A stretch of DNA of 55,377 nucleotides from Candidatus Iainarchaeum sp. (GTDB lineage Archaea > Iainarchaeota > Iainarchaeia > Iainarchaeales > GCA-2688035). Each line of letters begins with the position of its first letter. Position 1 is the stretch's first letter. A program made the position numbers and the translations under genes. Positions 53,302-55,377 of the stretch are shown piece by piece. Where the stretch lies: the NCBI GenBank assembly GCA_017610175.1, contig JAFCCO010000008.1, forward strand, positions 1-55,377. Direction: 5' to 3'. The notes beneath the pieces are model-generated. The model saw nothing but the letters and a program-made list of their open reading frames with translations. It searched no databases and was not told the DNA's origin.

Positions 53302-55377
53302 ATGAAGGCAAAAAAATTGGGGGCATTATTTTTCGCAATTCTGATTATTGCAACCTGCACCAATGCAGCTGCAAAAAACTACAACTTTGGCGACGCCGAA
53401 GACCACAACACCTTCGAAAGCCTCAACACCCCAAACAACCCATGGGACTGGGATACAGCAGCAACAATCACCAACCTTGAAGAACTTTCTGCAGAAGACA
53501 CAAACTATTGGACAACCGCACTGGCAGGGGGAGACGGACAGTATGACTCACAAACATACACTTTTAACCTAACAGAAACAAGAACCCAGGTAACAGGCCT
53601 AAATTTAAACTGGATTGGTTACGGCGAAACAGCAGCCGCATATGACACAAGCCTTTCCCTTTGGAACTGGAACTTGTCACAGTGGGACCAGTTCGCAATA
53701 GCAGACTTCACAACAACCGACAACAACACCCTAAACGCAACAATCACAACAAACGCAACAAACTACATAAGCAACGACACAAACAAAGCAGTAACCGCAA
53801 TGGCAACAACAAAAAAATATGTTTACGCATGTTTTCTTGCCGGAACAAAAATAACAATGGCAAACGGAAACCGCAAAAATATAGAGGACATAAAAATAGG
53901 CGACGTGGTTTTAAGTTATGACCAACAAACTGAAAAAAACGTTTCCTCAACAGTCACAAAACTATACCACCACCCAACCGAAGACGCCACAGAATACTAT
54001 CTCACAATAAACGGCGTTATTAATGTAACCCCAAACCACCGCGTTTTACTAAACAACAAATGGCAACAAATAGGCAACGCCAACATAGGCGATTCCCTCC
54101 AGGCACCAAACGGAAGCAGCATTGCAATCACATCCATCACAAAAACATGGAAAAAACACCCAACATACAACCTTGAAATAAAAAACACAAAAACATACTA
54201 CGCAGAAGGCATCCTAGCACACAATGCAAAACCCTTTTGCCCGTGCCCGTTTATCTACCTATATAACAACGCAAACAACACTCTAAAATACACATTCAAC
54301 TCAGACTTTATTGAAGGGGCAACTTCTCCTGAAAAAGAGTACACAAGCTTTACAGACGTCTCCAAAACAGAAATTGTTGGTGGAAAAGTCAGGCTAAAGA
54401 TTACAGAAGAGTTGGATGAAACAACTTATTTAGACAGAGTTTACTTAAGAATTGATGGCGATAACGAAAATATCATTGAACTGGACTCAATAAGCAGAAC
54501 AGAAAAACACCCATCCAAAAACCAGCTAAATTTTGAAAACTTTATAAACAACTTTTTACTAAACCCAATTGAAAACTTTGTCAACAAACTCCTACTGCGC
54601 AGTTCGGACAACAAATACCTCCAACTAAACCAAGGAGACAAATACTTCCTCAAATTCAACGCACCAAAAAACTACAACAAAATAGAATTCGCAGCAGAAG
54701 GACACTACATAAAACACCACAAAAAAGAAAAACACAAATCACTAAACACAGACTTCATACAACTAACAGTAACAAGCGAAGACCCCCACCCCCCTGACGT
54801 AAACATCACCAAAATTGAAGGCAACGACGCAACAAAAGGCCAACCCACCTACTCATACTTAAACGACCAAAACCTAACCATAGACTTCAACACAACAGAC
54901 ATTGACGGAGACACAATCACAGTAGACCTAAACTACTCCACAGTAAACACACAAGGAACCGGAACGGCCATAGTAGACAACCTGTCCCTCACAGCAGACA
55001 TCTGCGACGACACAAACTTTGAAAACTCAACAAAATGTTCATGGGACCTCAACACATTCGGAATCCCGGACGGAAACTACTTCATCCTAATTGAAGCAAG
55101 CGACGGAACAGACACAGACTTCAACGCCAGCCAAACATTCTACCTAGACAACACAGGCCCAACAGTAACAGTAAACACCATAGAAGGAAAATCAGCAGAC
55201 AACGACCTACTAATATTTGCCCACACCGTGGACGGAAACCTAACAATCGACTTCAGCATACTCGACGAAGAAGGCGGAAACATAACAGCAGACATCAACT
55301 ACTCAACCTCAAACGCACAGGGAACAGGAACACCAATCGCAAACAACCTAACCCTAAACGCAGACATATGCGATGAT
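53302..55377 (+). CDS. Secreted modular surface protein with Hint domain; 3'-truncated by window edge, absent from ORF track
   Basis: Manually translated open frame from ATG 53302: signal peptide MKAKKLGALFFAILIIATCTNA, beta-sandwich half, Hint, CPFIY domain, TDFIQLTV, DQNLTIDFN/DGNLTIDF modules paralogous to 28032..33179. Confidence 0.9.
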   Translation, partial: MKAKKLGALFFAILIIATCTNAAAKNYNFGDAEDHNTFESLNTPNNPWDWDTAATITNLEELSAEDTNYWTTALAGGDGQYDSQTYTFNLTETRTQVTGLNLNWIGYGETAAAYDTSLSLWNWNLSQWDQFAIADFTTTDNNTLNATITTNATNYISNDTNKAVTAMATTKKYVYACFLAGTKITMANGNRKNIEDIKIGDVVLSYDQQTEKNVSSTVTKLYHHPTEDATEYYLTINGVINVTPNHRVLLNNKWQQIGNANIGDSLQAPNGSSIAITSITKTWKKHPTYNLEIKNTKTYYAEGILAHNAKPFCPCPFIYLYNNANNTLKYTFNSDFIEGATSPEKEYTSFTDVSKTEIVGGKVRLKITEELDETTYLDRVYLRIDGDNENIIELDSISRTEKHPSKNQLNFENFINNFLLNPIENFVNKLLLRSSDNKYLQLNQGDKYFLKFNAPKNYNKIEFAAEGHYIKHHKKEKHKSLNTDFIQLTVTSEDPHPPDVNITKIEGNDATKGQPTYSYLNDQNLTIDFNTTDIDGDTITVDLNYSTVNTQGTGTAIVDNLSLTADICDDTNFENSTKCSWDLNTFGIPDGNYFILIEASDGTDTDFNASQTFYLDNTGPTVTVNTIEGKSADNDLLIFAHTVDGNLTIDFSILDEEGGNITADINYSTSNAQGTGTPIANNLTLNADICDD
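53830..54225 (+). other. Hint (intein-like autoprocessing) domain, 132 aa, no endonuclease
   Basis: Block A CFLAGTKITM...IEDIKIGDVV, block B VTPNH, blocks F/G YNLEIKNTKTYYAEGILAHN; +1 residue is Ala. Confidence 0.92.

Noticed and set aside
53348-54659. Short ORFs listed in the track
   Set aside because: Shadows of the long open frame starting at 53302.

Overview
Chromosomal window from an archaeon. Archaeosortase, PAC2 chaperone, CTP-dependent riboflavin kinase, class III signal peptides, TATA/BRE promoters and a CCA-less tRNA support this. A DPANN lineage such as Diapherotrites/Iainarchaeota is my inference from gene content, not a search result. The window is dominated by cell-surface genes. 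(i) A family of large, modular, C-terminally anchored secreted proteins shares a Cys-rich stalk but has different heads. One has a head domain split over two coupled genes, one carries a 7-repeat beta-propeller, one (absent from the ORF track) carries a Hint/intein-like domain, and one survives only as an internally deleted relic. (ii) There are two type IV pilus/Tad-like loci. The second has seven pilin-like genes (one a 54-aa gene missed by the ORF track), an archaeosortase and a 1573-aa secreted protein. (iii) There is also a coiled-coil fibre-like protein and a protein saturated with D-x-N tripeptides. Housekeeping/other genes: RAD55/KaiC-like ATPase, uppS, tRNA-Gln(CTG), deacetylase plus Pat-type acetyltransferase, Ca-type P-ATPase, AAA/DUF4143 ATPase between direct repeats, PAC2, ribK, a histone-H1-like basic protein pair and an MFS/spermidine synthase fusion. 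No CRISPR array, transposase, integrase or reverse transcriptase was seen. All calls come from motif reading by eye.
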